Assembly (NCBI GenBank): GCA_012719455.1
Contig: JAAYAJ010000022.1
Coordinates: 21,713 to 85,712 of the forward strand
Reading direction: 5' to 3'
DNA from: Acidobacteriota bacterium
Lineage (GTDB): Bacteria > Acidobacteriota > UBA6911
DNA: 64,000 bases
Below, one piece after another: positions 28,377 to 39,571 of this stretch (the stretch's first letter is position 1; each line of letters opens with the position of its first letter). Both the position numbers and the translations under genes were made by a program. The notes under the pieces were generated by a model, which was not told where the DNA came from, did not search any database, and saw only the letters and a list, made by a program, of their open reading frames with translations.

Positions 28377-29006
28377 TCAACAATTGCGGGCCGCGCGGGA
28401 GGGCGTGATGAGGGCGGCGAGGGTGTCGCTGGCAAGCAGGGCGCGGACGGCGCGGGCGCGGTGGCTGTGCCGGTTCTTCTCCGCTTCGTCCAGCTCGGCG
28501 AAGGTCTTGCCGAGCGCGGGGAAGAAAAAAACGGGGTCGTAACCGAAGCCCCGGGTTCCGCGGGCCTCGTCGATGATGATGCCTGAACAGGCGCCTTCGA
28601 CCTCGATCCGGGGTGACCCGGCATGGGACAGGGCCAGGGCGCACACGAAGCGCGCGCTGCGCGGGGCGCCGGGGAGTTGCCCCAGTTCCCTCAGCAGTTT
28701 GCGGACACGGTCGGAATCGCCGGCTTCCGGACCGGCGTAACGGGCGGAATGGATCCCCGGGCGGCCGCCCAGCGCGTCAACGACCAGGCCGGAATCATCG
28801 GCCAGGACGGGGAGCGGCAGCAGGCGGGAATAGCCTACGGACTTCAGGCGCGCGTTTTCCGCGAAGGTCTCCCCGTTCTCCTCGATCTCTTCGGTGACCC
28901 CCAGGTCGCCTAGGCTCAGGACCCGGCACCCGAGCGGTTCGAGGAGCGCCTGGAACTCACGCAGTTTTCCCGGGTTCCGGGTCGCCAGGACGAGGGCGGG
29001 CGTCAT
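28377..29006 (-). CDS. rdgB: dITP/XTP pyrophosphatase (Ham1/RdgB)
   Basis: 209 aa. Typical RdgB sequence (…[11 protein letters not shown]…FGYDPVF…). 4-nt overlap with rph. Confidence 0.85.
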   Translation of the reverse strand: MTPALVLATRNPGKLREFQALLEPLGCRVLSLGDLGVTEEIEENGETFAENARLKSVGYSRLLPLPVLADDSGLVVDALGGRPGIHSARYAGPEAGDSDRVRKLLRELGQLPGAPRSARFVCALALSHAGSPRIEVEGACSGIIIDEARGTRGFGYDPVFFFPALGKTFAELDEAEKNRHSHRARAVRALLASDTLAALITPSRAARNC

Positions 29007-29758
29007 TGGGGCGGCCGGGGGAAGAGGTGTTCGAGCTCGCCCCGGGCTTCCAGGATCGACCGCTGGATTTCGATCAGCCGCCGGATCCCCACTTGTCCCA
29101 GCTGTTTCATCTCCTGGAGCTGCTCCTCGCCGAAGGCGCCCTTTTCGCCCGTCCCCTGGATCTCCACGTAGCGCCCCGCGCCGGTCATGACCAGGTTCAT
29201 GTCGACTTCGGCCCGGGAGTCCTCCCGGTAATCGAGGTCCAGGCAGGCGGCCCCGTTGATCATGCCGACGCTCGTGGCCGCCACGCAGTCCAGGAGCGGG
29301 GAGACCGGGAGCAGCTTCTTGTCCATCAGCTTGACGATGGCGGAGCAGAGGGCCAGGAACCCGCCGGTGATGGAGGCGGTCCGGGTCCCGCCGTCGGCCT
29401 GGATAACGTCGCAGTCGATCAGGAAGGTCCGGGTCCCCAGCAGCGACGGGTTGACGATCGAGCGGAGCGAGCGCCCGATGAGGCGCTGGATCTCGACCGT
29501 GCGGCCGGTCTGTTTGCCGCGGGCGGCCTCGCGGGCCGAGCGGCTGTGGGTGGCGGCCGGGAGCATGCCATATTCGGCCGTGATCCACCCCTGGTTCGTG
29601 TGATTGAGGAAGGGGGGGACCTTGTCCTCCACGCTGCAGGTGCACAGCACCCGGGTGTCCCCCACTGAAATCAGCACCGAGCCCTTGGCGTGCTTGGTGT
29701 AATCCATCTCGATGCGCACCTCGCGCATCGTGTCCTGGCTGCGGCCGCTTGGTCTCAT
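29003..29758 (-). CDS. rph: Ribonuclease PH
   Basis: 251 aa. Highly conserved RNase PH sequence (…[15 protein letters not shown]…TAEYGMLP…[18 protein letters not shown]…). Confidence 0.9.
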   Translation of the reverse strand: MRPSGRSQDTMREVRIEMDYTKHAKGSVLISVGDTRVLCTCSVEDKVPPFLNHTNQGWITAEYGMLPAATHSRSAREAARGKQTGRTVEIQRLIGRSLRSIVNPSLLGTRTFLIDCDVIQADGGTRTASITGGFLALCSAIVKLMDKKLLPVSPLLDCVAATSVGMINGAACLDLDYREDSRAEVDMNLVMTGAGRYVEIQGTGEKGAFGEEQLQEMKQLGQVGIRRLIEIQRSILEARGELEHLFPRPPQ

Positions 29759-29878
29759 GACGCTCCCCCGTGCCGGTATCAACCTACATGATACCAGCGG
29801 GGCGGGGGGAATGGAACCGGCCGATCGCCCGCGCGATGGCGATTGCATTTGCGCCGCGATTCTCCTAGCATTGCATCG

Positions 29879-30601
29879 ATGCGAACCAGTTTTTTCGGCG
29901 GGCCCGTGACGCGCACGGTCAAGGCCATCATTATTGCAAATGTCGCGGTCTACCTGCTCCAGGTCGTGTCCCACCAACTGGGGAGCAACCGGCTGGACCT
30001 CTTCCTGGGGCTGGTTCCCCGCGACGTCACGCACGATTTCCATGTCTGGCGGTTCGCGACCTACATGTTCCTGCACGGGGGGGTGTTCCACCTCTTCTTC
30101 AACATGTTGACCCTCTTCATGTTCGGCAACGACCTGGAGCGGTACTGGGGCACCCGGCGCTTCCTCAACTATTACATGGTCACGGGTGTCGGGGCCGGGA
30201 TCTGCTCCTGGCTGGTCGATCCGAATTCCTCCGCCATAATCATTGGGGCTTCCGGCGCCGTTTACGGTCTGCTCCTCGCCTACGGGGTTACCTACCCCGA
30301 CCGTGTTGTCTACCTGAACTTCCTGCTCCCCATCAAGGTCAAGTGGCTCGTGCTTATCATGGGGGCCATGGCCTTCCTCTCCTCCGTCAGTGGCGGCGAA
30401 CCGGGCGTGGCCAACATCGCCCACCTGAGCGGCATGGTGATCGGCTACCTGGTCCTGAAGGGGAGGAGCTGGCGGGACAAGTACCGTGTTTTCAACGAGC
30501 GGCGGCGGCGGGAGCAGCTCAAGCGCCAGTTCGAGGTCTACTACGGCGACGTCAGGCGCAAGATCGACCGGGAAAACAAGAAGGGGCCCACCATCCACTG
30601 A
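29879..30601 (+). CDS. Rhomboid family intramembrane serine protease
   Basis: Six or seven TM helices. Catalytic GASGAVYG serine motif. Downstream His in AHLSGM. An upstream in-frame ATG at 29843 is possible. Confidence 0.8.
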   Translation: MRTSFFGGPVTRTVKAIIIANVAVYLLQVVSHQLGSNRLDLFLGLVPRDVTHDFHVWRFATYMFLHGGVFHLFFNMLTLFMFGNDLERYWGTRRFLNYYMVTGVGAGICSWLVDPNSSAIIIGASGAVYGLLLAYGVTYPDRVVYLNFLLPIKVKWLVLIMGAMAFLSSVSGGEPGVANIAHLSGMVIGYLVLKGRSWRDKYRVFNERRRREQLKRQFEVYYGDVRRKIDRENKKGPTIH

Positions 30602-30623
30602 CATCCCGTCGCCGGGCGCCGGC

Positions 30624-32819
30624 TCAGAACCCGGGGCCGAAAGAGATGTGGAAGTTCAGCCTCCCCCCCTCCCCCCATCCGACCTGGAGGTGGAGCGGCC
30701 CGACCATGGTGTCGGCCGCCAGCCCGACCCCGACCCCGTTGAAATAGCGGAAATCGTAGGGGGGCGAGGTTCGCTCACCGAGAAAAGCGCCGTTGTACGC
30801 AGCGGTCAGGTAGCCGCGTTTGACCAGGTTGAGGGGGCGGGCGAAGACCTCGCGCCGGTAGCCGACCCTCGCGATGGCCATCTGGCGCATCCGGAACTCG
30901 TCTCGGCGGAGCCCGAGCAACTGCCGTGAAGCCAGGTCCGCGAACGAATGCCCGCCGACGAAAAAGAGGTTGTAGAAGGGGACCTCCCCGTCGACATAGG
31001 CGCCGGCGGCCATGAACTGAAAGGTGGTACCGGGCCAGGGGGTCAGGTAATGGCGGTATTCGGCCTGCCACCGGGAATAGTCATGGTCTCCCCCCAGTTT
31101 CCGCTCCTCGAGGTCCGTCCCCAGTTCCATCCTCGCCCCGCTGCGGGGGAATTCGGCGTTATCGAGCGAATCCCAACGAAGCCGGAAGCGCAGCCCGGCG
31201 TGCCGGGAGGCGCCCTCCAACCGGTAAGGTTCGGAGCCGCCGGTGATGCGCACCCGCTCGAAGCGGTAGCCGCCGGACAACTCCAGCTGGCGGTGCAGCA
31301 GGGCGCCGATAATCAGCTGGCCCCCCTCCCGCTTGTCGGTGAACTTGTCAAAGCGCTCCTCCTGGCGGATGTCCATCCGCTCCAGCCGGCTGACTTCGAC
31401 CCGCGGCTCCACGAAGAGAAAGGGGAGGGAGGGGGGGACAATGCGCAGCGAGGCGAAGTGGTTTTCAAGCCCCCCGAACTGGGTCGAAACCGTCAGCTTG
31501 GAGGAGGTGTGGAAGAGTTGGCGCGCGGTGTACTCCACCAGCGCCACGAATTGGTAGTCGTTGTCGTAGCGGAGGCTGGCCCCCAGGGTATTCAGGAGCG
31601 CTTCCCGGACCACGAAGGTGAGATGATAGCGGCCTTCGTCGAGCGGGGTGAGGTTGTAGGACACGCTCTCGAAAAACCGGGTCGCGTACAGCCGGCTGAC
31701 CTCCGCGCCGATGGCCGTCGGGTCCGCCCTGTGCCCCGCCAGGATCCGCATCCCCGCCTGGAGCTGGGAGGCGGGAATTCGCACCAGTCCCTCGAAAGAG
31801 ATGGAGTCGATGACGGGCGGGGCGGAGGGGGGAGCCTGCACCCGCGCCCGCGGCAGGGCTTCCCGGGTCAGCTCTTTCAGTTCCTCCATGCGCGCCCGGG
31901 CCGCTTCCTCCCCCCGGCGGATGATTTCGGGGATCTTGACGTAATCGTTGCTGGAGTATCCTTCCAGGTCGGGTTTAAGGAGCAGGGAGGCGAGCCGCTG
32001 GTTTGCCCGGACGTTATCCTCCATCTGCAGGCTGATCGACTGGTCGATGACGTTGAGGAAGGTCCGGAGGTCCTGCGCGTCCAGGAGCGGAGAAGTGACG
32101 TCCACGGCGATGATGATGTCCGCGCCCATGGCTTGAGCGATGTCGGTGGGGAGGTTGTTCGTCAGGCCCCCGTCGGCCAGGAGCATCCCTTCGTGTTCGA
32201 GCGGGGTGAAAAGGAGCGGAACCGCCATCGATGCCCGCAGCGCCTGCGTCATCGAGCCCTGCCGGAACACGTAGGGCTTGCCGTCGAGGAGGTTCGTGGC
32301 CACGGCCCGGAAGCGGACACGGAGCCGGTCGAAGTCGTACCCCGCTTCGAGCATCTGGCGGGTGGTCAGGATATCCAGTGATTCCGTCAAGGGCTGCCCC
32401 CCCCACATCCCGCTCGGGAGTTCGGGGTTCCAGCCCCGGAAGGAGACCTGGCCCTGGTAGCGCGTGTCGCTCCGTTCGATCAGGGGAGTGAGGCGGCGCT
32501 GCGGCGCGTCGGTAAAAAGGCTGTTCCAGTCCTGGCTTCCCAGAAACCGCTCGATCTCGTCCGGGCTGTGTCCCGCGGCGTACAGCCCCCCGACCAGGGC
32601 GCCCATGCTCGTGGCGGCGATGCACTCGACGGGGACCCCGGCCTGTTCGAGCGCCCTCAGGACCCCGATGTGGGCGGCGCCGCGGGCTCCCCCGCCGCTG
32701 AGCACCAGCCCCACCCGGGGAGGAGGTTCCTGCGCCTCGAGGCGCGCCGGCGCGCCGACGGCGGACAGGAGAAGCAGGAGAAGGAAGAGGCTCAGGATGT
32801 GCGGGGCACGGTGGTTCAT
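30624..32819 (-). CDS. Patatin-like phospholipase fused to POTRA + Omp85-type beta-barrel (PlpD-like type Vd secretion protein)
   Basis: Signal peptide. Patatin motifs GGGARG and GTSMG (GxSxG) and the DGG catalytic Asp block. C-terminal about 300 aa beta-barrel ending in F. Confidence 0.8.
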   Translation of the reverse strand: MNHRAPHILSLFLLLLLLSAVGAPARLEAQEPPPRVGLVLSGGGARGAAHIGVLRALEQAGVPVECIAATSMGALVGGLYAAGHSPDEIERFLGSQDWNSLFTDAPQRRLTPLIERSDTRYQGQVSFRGWNPELPSGMWGGQPLTESLDILTTRQMLEAGYDFDRLRVRFRAVATNLLDGKPYVFRQGSMTQALRASMAVPLLFTPLEHEGMLLADGGLTNNLPTDIAQAMGADIIIAVDVTSPLLDAQDLRTFLNVIDQSISLQMEDNVRANQRLASLLLKPDLEGYSSNDYVKIPEIIRRGEEAARARMEELKELTREALPRARVQAPPSAPPVIDSISFEGLVRIPASQLQAGMRILAGHRADPTAIGAEVSRLYATRFFESVSYNLTPLDEGRYHLTFVVREALLNTLGASLRYDNDYQFVALVEYTARQLFHTSSKLTVSTQFGGLENHFASLRIVPPSLPFLFVEPRVEVSRLERMDIRQEERFDKFTDKREGGQLIIGALLHRQLELSGGYRFERVRITGGSEPYRLEGASRHAGLRFRLRWDSLDNAEFPRSGARMELGTDLEERKLGGDHDYSRWQAEYRHYLTPWPGTTFQFMAAGAYVDGEVPFYNLFFVGGHSFADLASRQLLGLRRDEFRMRQMAIARVGYRREVFARPLNLVKRGYLTAAYNGAFLGERTSPPYDFRYFNGVGVGLAADTMVGPLHLQVGWGEGGRLNFHISFGPGF

Positions 32820-33011
32820 GATGCTCTGCACAGTGTACCATTGCCGGCGCGGAATCCGGATCCCTATTTGGTCCTCTTCCCGCAGCGGGGGAACCGGTAA
32901 CACTTCGGCGCCGGCTGCGTATCCATTCGCAGCAAAATCATCGTCAAGGGGGAAGCAGGCGGGTGCGCCTGCCTGCCGGCAAGGGAACCAGTCATGACAA
33001 AGGAGCCAGCC

Positions 33012-33704
33012 ATGACGAAATCAGCATTCACAACCGCAGTTTGCTGTGCCCTCCTGGCCATCGGCCTGACCCTCCCCATTCCGGGAGCGGGCGCGGAGGG
33101 GACGGCGGCGCTCGATGCCCGGGTACGGGAGACCCTCGCGGGCCACAACCGGTCCTGGGAAGGGATGAACGTTCCCGAGGTGGACGGCCGGGCGCTTTAC
33201 GAGCTTGTCGTCCGGAACAACTACAAGTACGCGCTGGAGATCGGGACCTCGAACGGGTACTCCGGGCTCTGGATCGCCTGGGCCTTGTCAAAAACGGGAG
33301 GAAAACTGATCACCCTTGAAATCGACCCGGGGCGCCACCGGGAGGCGCGCGGGTATTTCGCGGCGGCGGGCCTGGACCGCTATGTCGACGCGAGGCTGGG
33401 GGATGCGCACGAAATGGTGCCCGCGCTCGCGGGCCCCTTCGATTTCGTGTTTTGCGATGCCGACAAGGAGTGGTACGTGAAGTATCTCGAGGCCGTCCTG
33501 CCCAAACTGACGGTGGGGGGGATGTTCGTGGCTCACAACGTTTCGGAATACCCGGCGCGCGGGGGCCGTTTCGGGAGAGGAAGACGGGGCGGCGGTGCCG
33601 CCGGCGATTTTCTGGAGTTCGCCCGCGGGCTGCCGAACCTGGAAACCTCCATCCTGGATATTCCAGGCTCGGCGGGCCTGAGCGTCAGCCGCAAAAAACC
33701 ATAA
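33012..33704 (+). CDS. Class I SAM-dependent O-methyltransferase (family 3, CCoAOMT-like) with N-terminal signal/anchor
   Basis: SAM motif I LEIGTSNGYSGLWIA. Acidic motif FVFCDADK. Hydrophobic N-terminus AFTTAVCCALLAIGLTLPIPGAGA. AAGGAG RBS 7 nt before the 33012 ATG (32994 is an alternative start). Confidence 0.7.
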   Translation: MTKSAFTTAVCCALLAIGLTLPIPGAGAEGTAALDARVRETLAGHNRSWEGMNVPEVDGRALYELVVRNNYKYALEIGTSNGYSGLWIAWALSKTGGKLITLEIDPGRHREARGYFAAAGLDRYVDARLGDAHEMVPALAGPFDFVFCDADKEWYVKYLEAVLPKLTVGGMFVAHNVSEYPARGGRFGRGRRGGGAAGDFLEFARGLPNLETSILDIPGSAGLSVSRKKP

Positions 33705-33722
33705 GGGGCCGTCCGGTCGCGC

Positions 33723-34877
33723 TCATTCCGCCCGGCGGCGGCGGAAGGCGGGCTCGTCGAGGTTGTCCTTGAGCGATTCCAGCTGGTAGTCGATCGTCTT
33801 GCTCGCCTCGGACGACGTCAGCGGGATGACGTTCCCCCCACCCCGGGCGTACTCGCCCATCCCCCTGGGCCGCTCATCCGCGCCCTGGTTGAAGCCGGTC
33901 GCAATGACGGTGATCTTGATGCGGTCTTCCATCTCTTCATCGTACACCGCGCCGAAGATCGTGTCCTCGGCCCCCGCTACATCTTCGATGATCTGCGCGG
34001 CCGCGGCCACCTCGTGCAGTCGGAGGCTCGCGCGCGTCGCCGTGATGTTGATGAGCATCCCGCGGGCGCCGCGGATCGAGGTCTCCTCGAGCAGGGGACT
34101 CGAAATCGCCCGCTGGGCGGCCTCGACGGCGCGGTTTTCTCCCTCTGCCACCCCGGTTCCCATCAGGGCCATTCCCTTGCCGGACATGATGGTGCGGACG
34201 TCGGCGAAATCGACGTTGACGATGCCGGGCATGGTGATGATGTCCGAAATCCCCTGGACCGCCTGGCAGAGCACGTCGTCGGCGTAGCGGAAGGAGTCCT
34301 CGAGCAGGGCGTCGGCTCCCATGGCGCAAAGCAGTCGTTCGTTGGGGATGGTGATCAGGGTGTCGACCACTTCCTTCAGTTCGTTGATCCCCTCCTCGGC
34401 GTGGAGGAGGCGTTTCTTCCCCTCGAAGTTGAAGGGCTTGGTGACCACGCCTACCGTCAGCGCCCCCAGCTCGGTGGCCAGGCTGGCGATGATGGGTGCG
34501 GCGCCTGTCCCGGTCCCGCCCCCCATTCCGGCGGTGACGAAAACCATGTCAGCCCCGTCGAGGAGTTCGATGATCCGCTCGGTGTCCTCGAGTGCCGCCT
34601 GGCGCCCCCTCTCGGGGATGGCGCCGCAACCCAGGCCATTGGTCAGCTTGGTGCCGATCTGCAGCTTTATGGATGCGTGCGAGTTGCGGAGGGCCTGGAT
34701 GTCGGTGTTGGCGGCGATGAATTCAACGCCGCCGATTTTCGCCTGGATCATGCGGTTGACGGCGTTGCCGCCCGCTCCGCCGATGCCGATGACCTTGATC
34801 TTGGCCGGCGGCTGCCGGTCCTCGTCGAACCTGAATTGCAAAGGTTCTTCCTCAAAACGTAATTTCTCAGATTGCAT
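33723..34877 (-). CDS. ftsZ: Cell division GTPase FtsZ
   Basis: Tubulin signature [10 protein letters not shown]. Typical N-terminus [16 protein letters not shown]. Confidence 0.9.
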   Translation of the reverse strand: MQSEKLRFEEEPLQFRFDEDRQPPAKIKVIGIGGAGGNAVNRMIQAKIGGVEFIAANTDIQALRNSHASIKLQIGTKLTNGLGCGAIPERGRQAALEDTERIIELLDGADMVFVTAGMGGGTGTGAAPIIASLATELGALTVGVVTKPFNFEGKKRLLHAEEGINELKEVVDTLITIPNERLLCAMGADALLEDSFRYADDVLCQAVQGISDIITMPGIVNVDFADVRTIMSGKGMALMGTGVAEGENRAVEAAQRAISSPLLEETSIRGARGMLINITATRASLRLHEVAAAAQIIEDVAGAEDTIFGAVYDEEMEDRIKITVIATGFNQGADERPRGMGEYARGGGNVIPLTSSEASKTIDYQLESLKDNLDEPAFRRRRAE

Positions 34878-34892
34878 CGACTCCCTCCTATC

Positions 34893-36119
34893 CTAGTTCC
34901 CGGCCCATGACAGAATTCGGTTGAACAACCAGGGGGTGCTTCCCGCCTTCCCCGGTTTTTTTCTTAAAACCCCGGCCTCTTCCGCCCCAAAGAGGGCCAG
35001 GCCCACCGCCGTCGAGTAGACGGGGTGGGACAGTTCCTCGGTCAGCCCCCGCAGGCCCAGCGGGAGCCCCTGGCGCACCGGCATGCCCAGAATTTCCTCG
35101 GAGAGCTCCACCATGCCGTCGAGCATGCTCCCTCCCCCGGTGACGACCACTCCCGCGATGAGACTGTCGCTCGTGATCCCTTTCCTGAGCTGGTCGGCGA
35201 CCAGTTCCAGGATTTCGACCGCGCGGTCCCGCAGGATGCCGCAGATCACCTTTCTCGGCACGTTACGGGCGGCGCGGGTCCCCATCCCGGGGACCAGCAC
35301 GAACTCTTCCGCCGCGATCCTTTCGGTGAGGACCGTTCCGGCTTCCTTCTTGATGCGCTCGGAGTCTTCGAGCGGCGTCTGCAACCCGATCGCCAGGTCC
35401 CTGGTGAAGTGGGCGCCCCCCACCGGCAGGACCTTGGTGAAGTGGACCGCGTCGCCGAGGAAGACGGCGATGTCGGTGGTGCCCCCCCCGATATCGATGA
35501 TGGCGGTTCCCAGGTCCTTTTCGTCCCGGGTCAGGACGGCCTGGGCGCTCGCCAGCGGCTGCGCCACCACCTTTTTTACCCTCATCTGCGCGCGGTTGAC
35601 CGCGTTGATCAGGTTCTGGTTGAGCGTGCTCTGGCACGTCACGACGTGGATGTTGACGTCGAGCTGCGACCCGAACAGTCCGACGGGGTTCTTGATCCCC
35701 CCCCGGTCGTCCAGGACAAATTCCTGCGGCAGGACGTGGATGACCTCGCGGTCGGGCGAAATCGGCACCGATTGCGCGGCGGCGATGACCTGCGCCATCG
35801 CTTCCGCCGTAACCTCGTGGCGGTTCCCCTCGATGGCGATGGCGCCCCGGGAATTGAAGCTCTGGAAATGGTCCCCGGTGGCTCCCACGATCACCCAGTC
35901 CACCGAAAGCTCCGACTTCATTTCCGCCTCGTCGGCCGCCCTGCGGATCGATGACGCCGCCGCGTCGAGATCGATGACCACGCCCTTGTGCAGCCCCGCG
36001 CTGTCGGCGTACCCCGTGCTGATCAACTCCAGGCCCCCGTCCCGGTGGGTCCGGGCGATCATCATGCAGATCTTGGTGGTCCCGACATCCAGTCCACAAA
36101 CGATGCGATCTTTTTTCAC
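34893..36119 (-). CDS. ftsA: Cell division protein FtsA
   Basis: Actin-fold ATPase (GLDVGTTKI…DIGGGTTDIAVF…). Position between ftsQ and ftsZ. Confidence 0.9.
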   Translation of the reverse strand: MKKDRIVCGLDVGTTKICMMIARTHRDGGLELISTGYADSAGLHKGVVIDLDAAASSIRRAADEAEMKSELSVDWVIVGATGDHFQSFNSRGAIAIEGNRHEVTAEAMAQVIAAAQSVPISPDREVIHVLPQEFVLDDRGGIKNPVGLFGSQLDVNIHVVTCQSTLNQNLINAVNRAQMRVKKVVAQPLASAQAVLTRDEKDLGTAIIDIGGGTTDIAVFLGDAVHFTKVLPVGGAHFTRDLAIGLQTPLEDSERIKKEAGTVLTERIAAEEFVLVPGMGTRAARNVPRKVICGILRDRAVEILELVADQLRKGITSDSLIAGVVVTGGGSMLDGMVELSEEILGMPVRQGLPLGLRGLTEELSHPVYSTAVGLALFGAEEAGVLRKKPGKAGSTPWLFNRILSWAGN

Positions 36120-37057
36120 GGGTTCCCCTGTCTCCGGTCTTCAAGTTTCGCCGTCTGGTTTTTCGACGGATCCGTCTGCCGCAGCCGGTAGACGATCTGA
36201 CTGTCGAAGCGGAGGTCGATGCGCTCGATTTCCGTGTACTGGTCCTTCAGCTTGCGGTACTCGGCGGGGTTGTTGACGAATTTAGTGAAGCGCTTCAGGT
36301 AGTCCTTCTCGCCGAGGACCACTTCGGCCGTATCGTTCACCAGCACGACCTTCAGGTTGTCGCGGTCCGCGATGTCCACCTCCGAGATGATCCGGGTGTA
36401 ACGGGGGGACCCCGAGGCGATCTCCGCGAGCATCTCCAGGCCCCGGGTGATACGCGCGCTGTTCTCCTCCTGGTACATCTGGTAGGTCTCCGCGTCTTCC
36501 CCCATGACGCCCCTGAAAACCGGGACGTCCAGCTTTCCGAACCTCGGTTCGTAGCGACCGAGCAGGACGCCCTCGGCGTCGGTGACCATCAGTGCGCCGT
36601 TCATTTCCAGGATGACGGCCGGAACGCGCTCCCGGACGTAAAGGACAAGGTCCGAGGGGAGAACCCGGAGGACCTCCACTTCGTGCGCCCAGGTTTCCTG
36701 CATGAGGCGCCCCCGGACTGCGCCGAGGTCGAGCTTCAGGATGTTCGCCGGGAACTCCCGGAGGACGATGGCCTCCAGCCGGGCGGGGTCGAGTTCGCGG
36801 CAGCCATGGACCCGGACCCGCCGCAGGTTGAAAACTTCGGCGCCCGTAGCGTAGATGTAGCCCGAGACCAGGGCCGCGACCAACAGGAGCAGGGCTCCCG
36901 CCCTGCCCGCCGCCCTGAGCAGGGCGGCGAACCGGCGTCCCGTCATGGGGCTCTGGCCCATGTTCCGGGGATTCTTTTTCCGGGACCGCGCCCTGTCCGG
37001 GGGCGGAACGATCCGGGTGGCGCGCGCTTCCCGCGGCCGGTTGGTTCTGATCTCCAT
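36116..37057 (-). CDS. ftsQ: Cell division protein FtsQ/DivIB (POTRA)
   Basis: Basic cytoplasmic N-terminus, single TM helix, then POTRA-like periplasmic domain. 4-nt overlap with ftsA. Exact start uncertain. Confidence 0.7.
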   Translation of the reverse strand: MEIRTNRPREARATRIVPPPDRARSRKKNPRNMGQSPMTGRRFAALLRAAGRAGALLLLVAALVSGYIYATGAEVFNLRRVRVHGCRELDPARLEAIVLREFPANILKLDLGAVRGRLMQETWAHEVEVLRVLPSDLVLYVRERVPAVILEMNGALMVTDAEGVLLGRYEPRFGKLDVPVFRGVMGEDAETYQMYQEENSARITRGLEMLAEIASGSPRYTRIISEVDIADRDNLKVVLVNDTAEVVLGEKDYLKRFTKFVNNPAEYRKLKDQYTEIERIDLRFDSQIVYRLRQTDPSKNQTAKLEDRRQGNP

Positions 37058-37097
37058 GGTCCTCGATGCCCGTCGGGGCGTTGCCGCCCCGGGGCTG

Positions 37098-38459
37098 CTA
37101 TGACTTAAGAAATTCCTCTCCCAGTTTCCAGACGTCCCCGGCGCCCAGTGTCAAAAGTATATCCCCATCCCGGAGCCTTTGCCCGAGAAGTTTCAGCGCG
37201 CTGTCCGCGTCCGGCGCATGAACCGCGTCCGGGTGGCCGAACTTCCTGATCCCCTCGACCAGCCTCCCGGCGTCCACTCCCGCGATCGGGTCTTCGCCCG
37301 CGGCGTAGATAGGGAGCACGATGAGCGCGTCGGCGTGGCGGAAGGCGTGGGCGAACTCCTCCATGAGCGCCTGCGTCCGTGAATAACGGTGGGGCTGGAA
37401 GAGGGCGACGATGCGGCGGTTGCATGCCTGGCGCGCGGCGTGCAGGGTGGCCACGATCTCCGTCGGGTGGTGCGCGTAGTCGTCCACCACCAGGATGTCT
37501 CCCTTCTTCCCCCGGATTTGGAACCGGCGGTCGGCGTTCTGAAAGGAGGCGAGGGCTCGCGCCGCCTTTTCAAAGGGGATCTCCATCTCCAGGGCCGTCG
37601 CCACCGCCGCCAGTGCGTTCAGGATCGCGTGCGCGCCCGGGATCTGCAGCTTCAGGATGCCGAGCGGCCGGCCGTGGCGATGCACCCGGCACTCGGATCC
37701 GAAACCGTGGAATTCGATGCCGGAGGCGACGATGTCGGCCTGGCTGCCGGTGCCGTAGGTGACCGTCCGCCGTCCGATCCTCGGGAGGATCGCCTGTACG
37801 TTCGGGTCGTCGAGACAGAGGATGACGGACCCGTAGAAGGGGACCTTGTTCGCGAAGGCCACGAAGGTGGCCTGGATTTCGTCCAGGTCGGCGTAGTGGT
37901 CGAGGTGCTCCCGGTCGATGTTGGTGATCACGGCGATGGTGGGGTTCAGCTTGAGGAAGGAGCCGTCGCTTTCGTCCGCCTCGGCCACCAGAAAATCCCC
38001 TTTCCCCAGCTTGGCGTTGCTCCCGAAGGCGTTCAGCCTGCCGCCGATGACGGCGGTGGGATCCAGTCCCCCGGCCACCAGCACGGTGGCGATCATGGAG
38101 GTCGTGGAGGTCTTGCCGTGGGCCCCGGCGACGGCGATGCCGTATTTCAGCCGCATCAACTCGGCCAGCATCTCCGCCCGGGGGATGACCGGGATCTGCA
38201 GCCGCCGGGCTTCGACCGCCTCTACGTTGTCCGGCCGGACGGCCGAAGAGGTCACCACCACGTGGGCCCCCGCCACGTTTTCCGGCCTGTGCCCGAGGTA
38301 AATCCGCCCCCCGAGCGCCGCCAGCCGGTCCAGCGCCGGGCTCGGCTTCAGGTCCGAGCCCGAAACCTGGTAGCCGAGGTTGAGGAGCAGCTCGGCGATG
38401 CCGCTCATGCCGATGCCGCCGATTCCCACGAAATGGAGTTTCTGGATCTTCCTGAACAT
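37098..38459 (-). CDS. murC: UDP-N-acetylmuramate--L-alanine ligase
   Basis: [16 protein letters not shown]-terminal motif. Mur ligase P-loop [11 protein letters not shown]. 453 aa from [10 protein letters not shown]. The 146-aa upstream extension in the track was rejected. Confidence 0.9.
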   Translation of the reverse strand: MFRKIQKLHFVGIGGIGMSGIAELLLNLGYQVSGSDLKPSPALDRLAALGGRIYLGHRPENVAGAHVVVTSSAVRPDNVEAVEARRLQIPVIPRAEMLAELMRLKYGIAVAGAHGKTSTTSMIATVLVAGGLDPTAVIGGRLNAFGSNAKLGKGDFLVAEADESDGSFLKLNPTIAVITNIDREHLDHYADLDEIQATFVAFANKVPFYGSVILCLDDPNVQAILPRIGRRTVTYGTGSQADIVASGIEFHGFGSECRVHRHGRPLGILKLQIPGAHAILNALAAVATALEMEIPFEKAARALASFQNADRRFQIRGKKGDILVVDDYAHHPTEIVATLHAARQACNRRIVALFQPHRYSRTQALMEEFAHAFRHADALIVLPIYAAGEDPIAGVDAGRLVEGIRKFGHPDAVHAPDADSALKLLGQRLRDGDILLTLGAGDVWKLGEEFLKS

Positions 38460-38461
38460 GG

Positions 38462-39571
38462 TTATCCGGGCGCCTCCGCCAACTTGTTCTGGTAGGAAAG
38501 GTTGAGCAACACGCCCGTGGCCAGCATGTTCAGCCACAGCGAACTCCCCCCCTGGCTCATGAACGGCAGCGCGATCCCCTTGGTCGGCATCAGCGCCAGT
38601 ACCATGGAAATGTTGATGAGCGCCTGCAGGGCGACCATGAGGGTGATGCCCAGGGCGAGGTAGAACCCGAAACGGTCCCGGGCCCGCAGGGCGATGCGCA
38701 CCCCGCGGAGGAAATAGATCAGGAAGGCGACCACCACCAGGGTCGTGCCGATGATGCCCAACTCCTCCCCGATTACGGCGAAGAGGAAATCGCTGCTCGC
38801 CTCCGGGAGGTAGAAGAGCTTCTGCCTGCTGGCGCCCAGGCCCAGCCCGGTCACCCCCCCGCTGCCGACGGCGATCAGGGACTGGGTGATCTGCCACCCC
38901 GTTCCCATAGGGTCCTCGAACGGGTTCCGGAAAGCCTGGATCCGGTCCCAGCGGTAGGGGACTTTGACCACGAAAAAGTAGAAAGCGGGGATGGCCAGGG
39001 CCGCGGCGCCGAGGAAATAGCGCCAGGAGAGCCCCGCGACGAACAGGAGCACCGTGACGATCAGGCAGAGGCAGAGGGCCTGCCCGAGGTCGGGCTCGAC
39101 GGCGATCAGGACGGCGAAGAATCCGACGGCCAACCCGAGCGGAAGCAGTCGGCGGGAGAACCGGTTGATCTCCCCCTCGTACCGGTGGAGGAACCAGGCG
39201 ACGAACATGAGCACGGCGAGCTTGGCGAATTCCGAGGGCTGAAAGCCAAAGCTCCCGAAGTGGAGCCAGCGGTGAGCCCCGTTAATGGCGGGCTGGGTCA
39301 GGACGAAGAGCAGGAGGACCACGCAGAGGGACAGGAAGGGGATCAGGACCCTGGGGTTCTGCCAGCGGCGGTAGTCGATCTTCATCACGCCGTACATCAG
39401 CACCAGGCCTATCGCAGCGAAGGCCAGCTGGCGCAGGAAGAAGTAGGACGACATGCCGTGTTCGGACGCGGCCTTGACCGAGGACGCGCTGTATACCATC
39501 ACCAGGCCGAAGATGGCCAGGAACCCGGCGGTGAAGAAGAGAATCTTGTCGCTGCTCGGTTTATAAGCCAT
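38462..39571 (-). CDS. ftsW: Peptidoglycan glycosyltransferase FtsW (SEDS family)
   Basis: About 370 aa from [13 protein letters not shown]. Ten TM segments. SEDS-typical motifs. Confidence 0.85.
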   Translation of the reverse strand: MAYKPSSDKILFFTAGFLAIFGLVMVYSASSVKAASEHGMSSYFFLRQLAFAAIGLVLMYGVMKIDYRRWQNPRVLIPFLSLCVVLLLFVLTQPAINGAHRWLHFGSFGFQPSEFAKLAVLMFVAWFLHRYEGEINRFSRRLLPLGLAVGFFAVLIAVEPDLGQALCLCLIVTVLLFVAGLSWRYFLGAAALAIPAFYFFVVKVPYRWDRIQAFRNPFEDPMGTGWQITQSLIAVGSGGVTGLGLGASRQKLFYLPEASSDFLFAVIGEELGIIGTTLVVVAFLIYFLRGVRIALRARDRFGFYLALGITLMVALQALINISMVLALMPTKGIALPFMSQGGSSLWLNMLATGVLLNLSYQNKLAEAPG

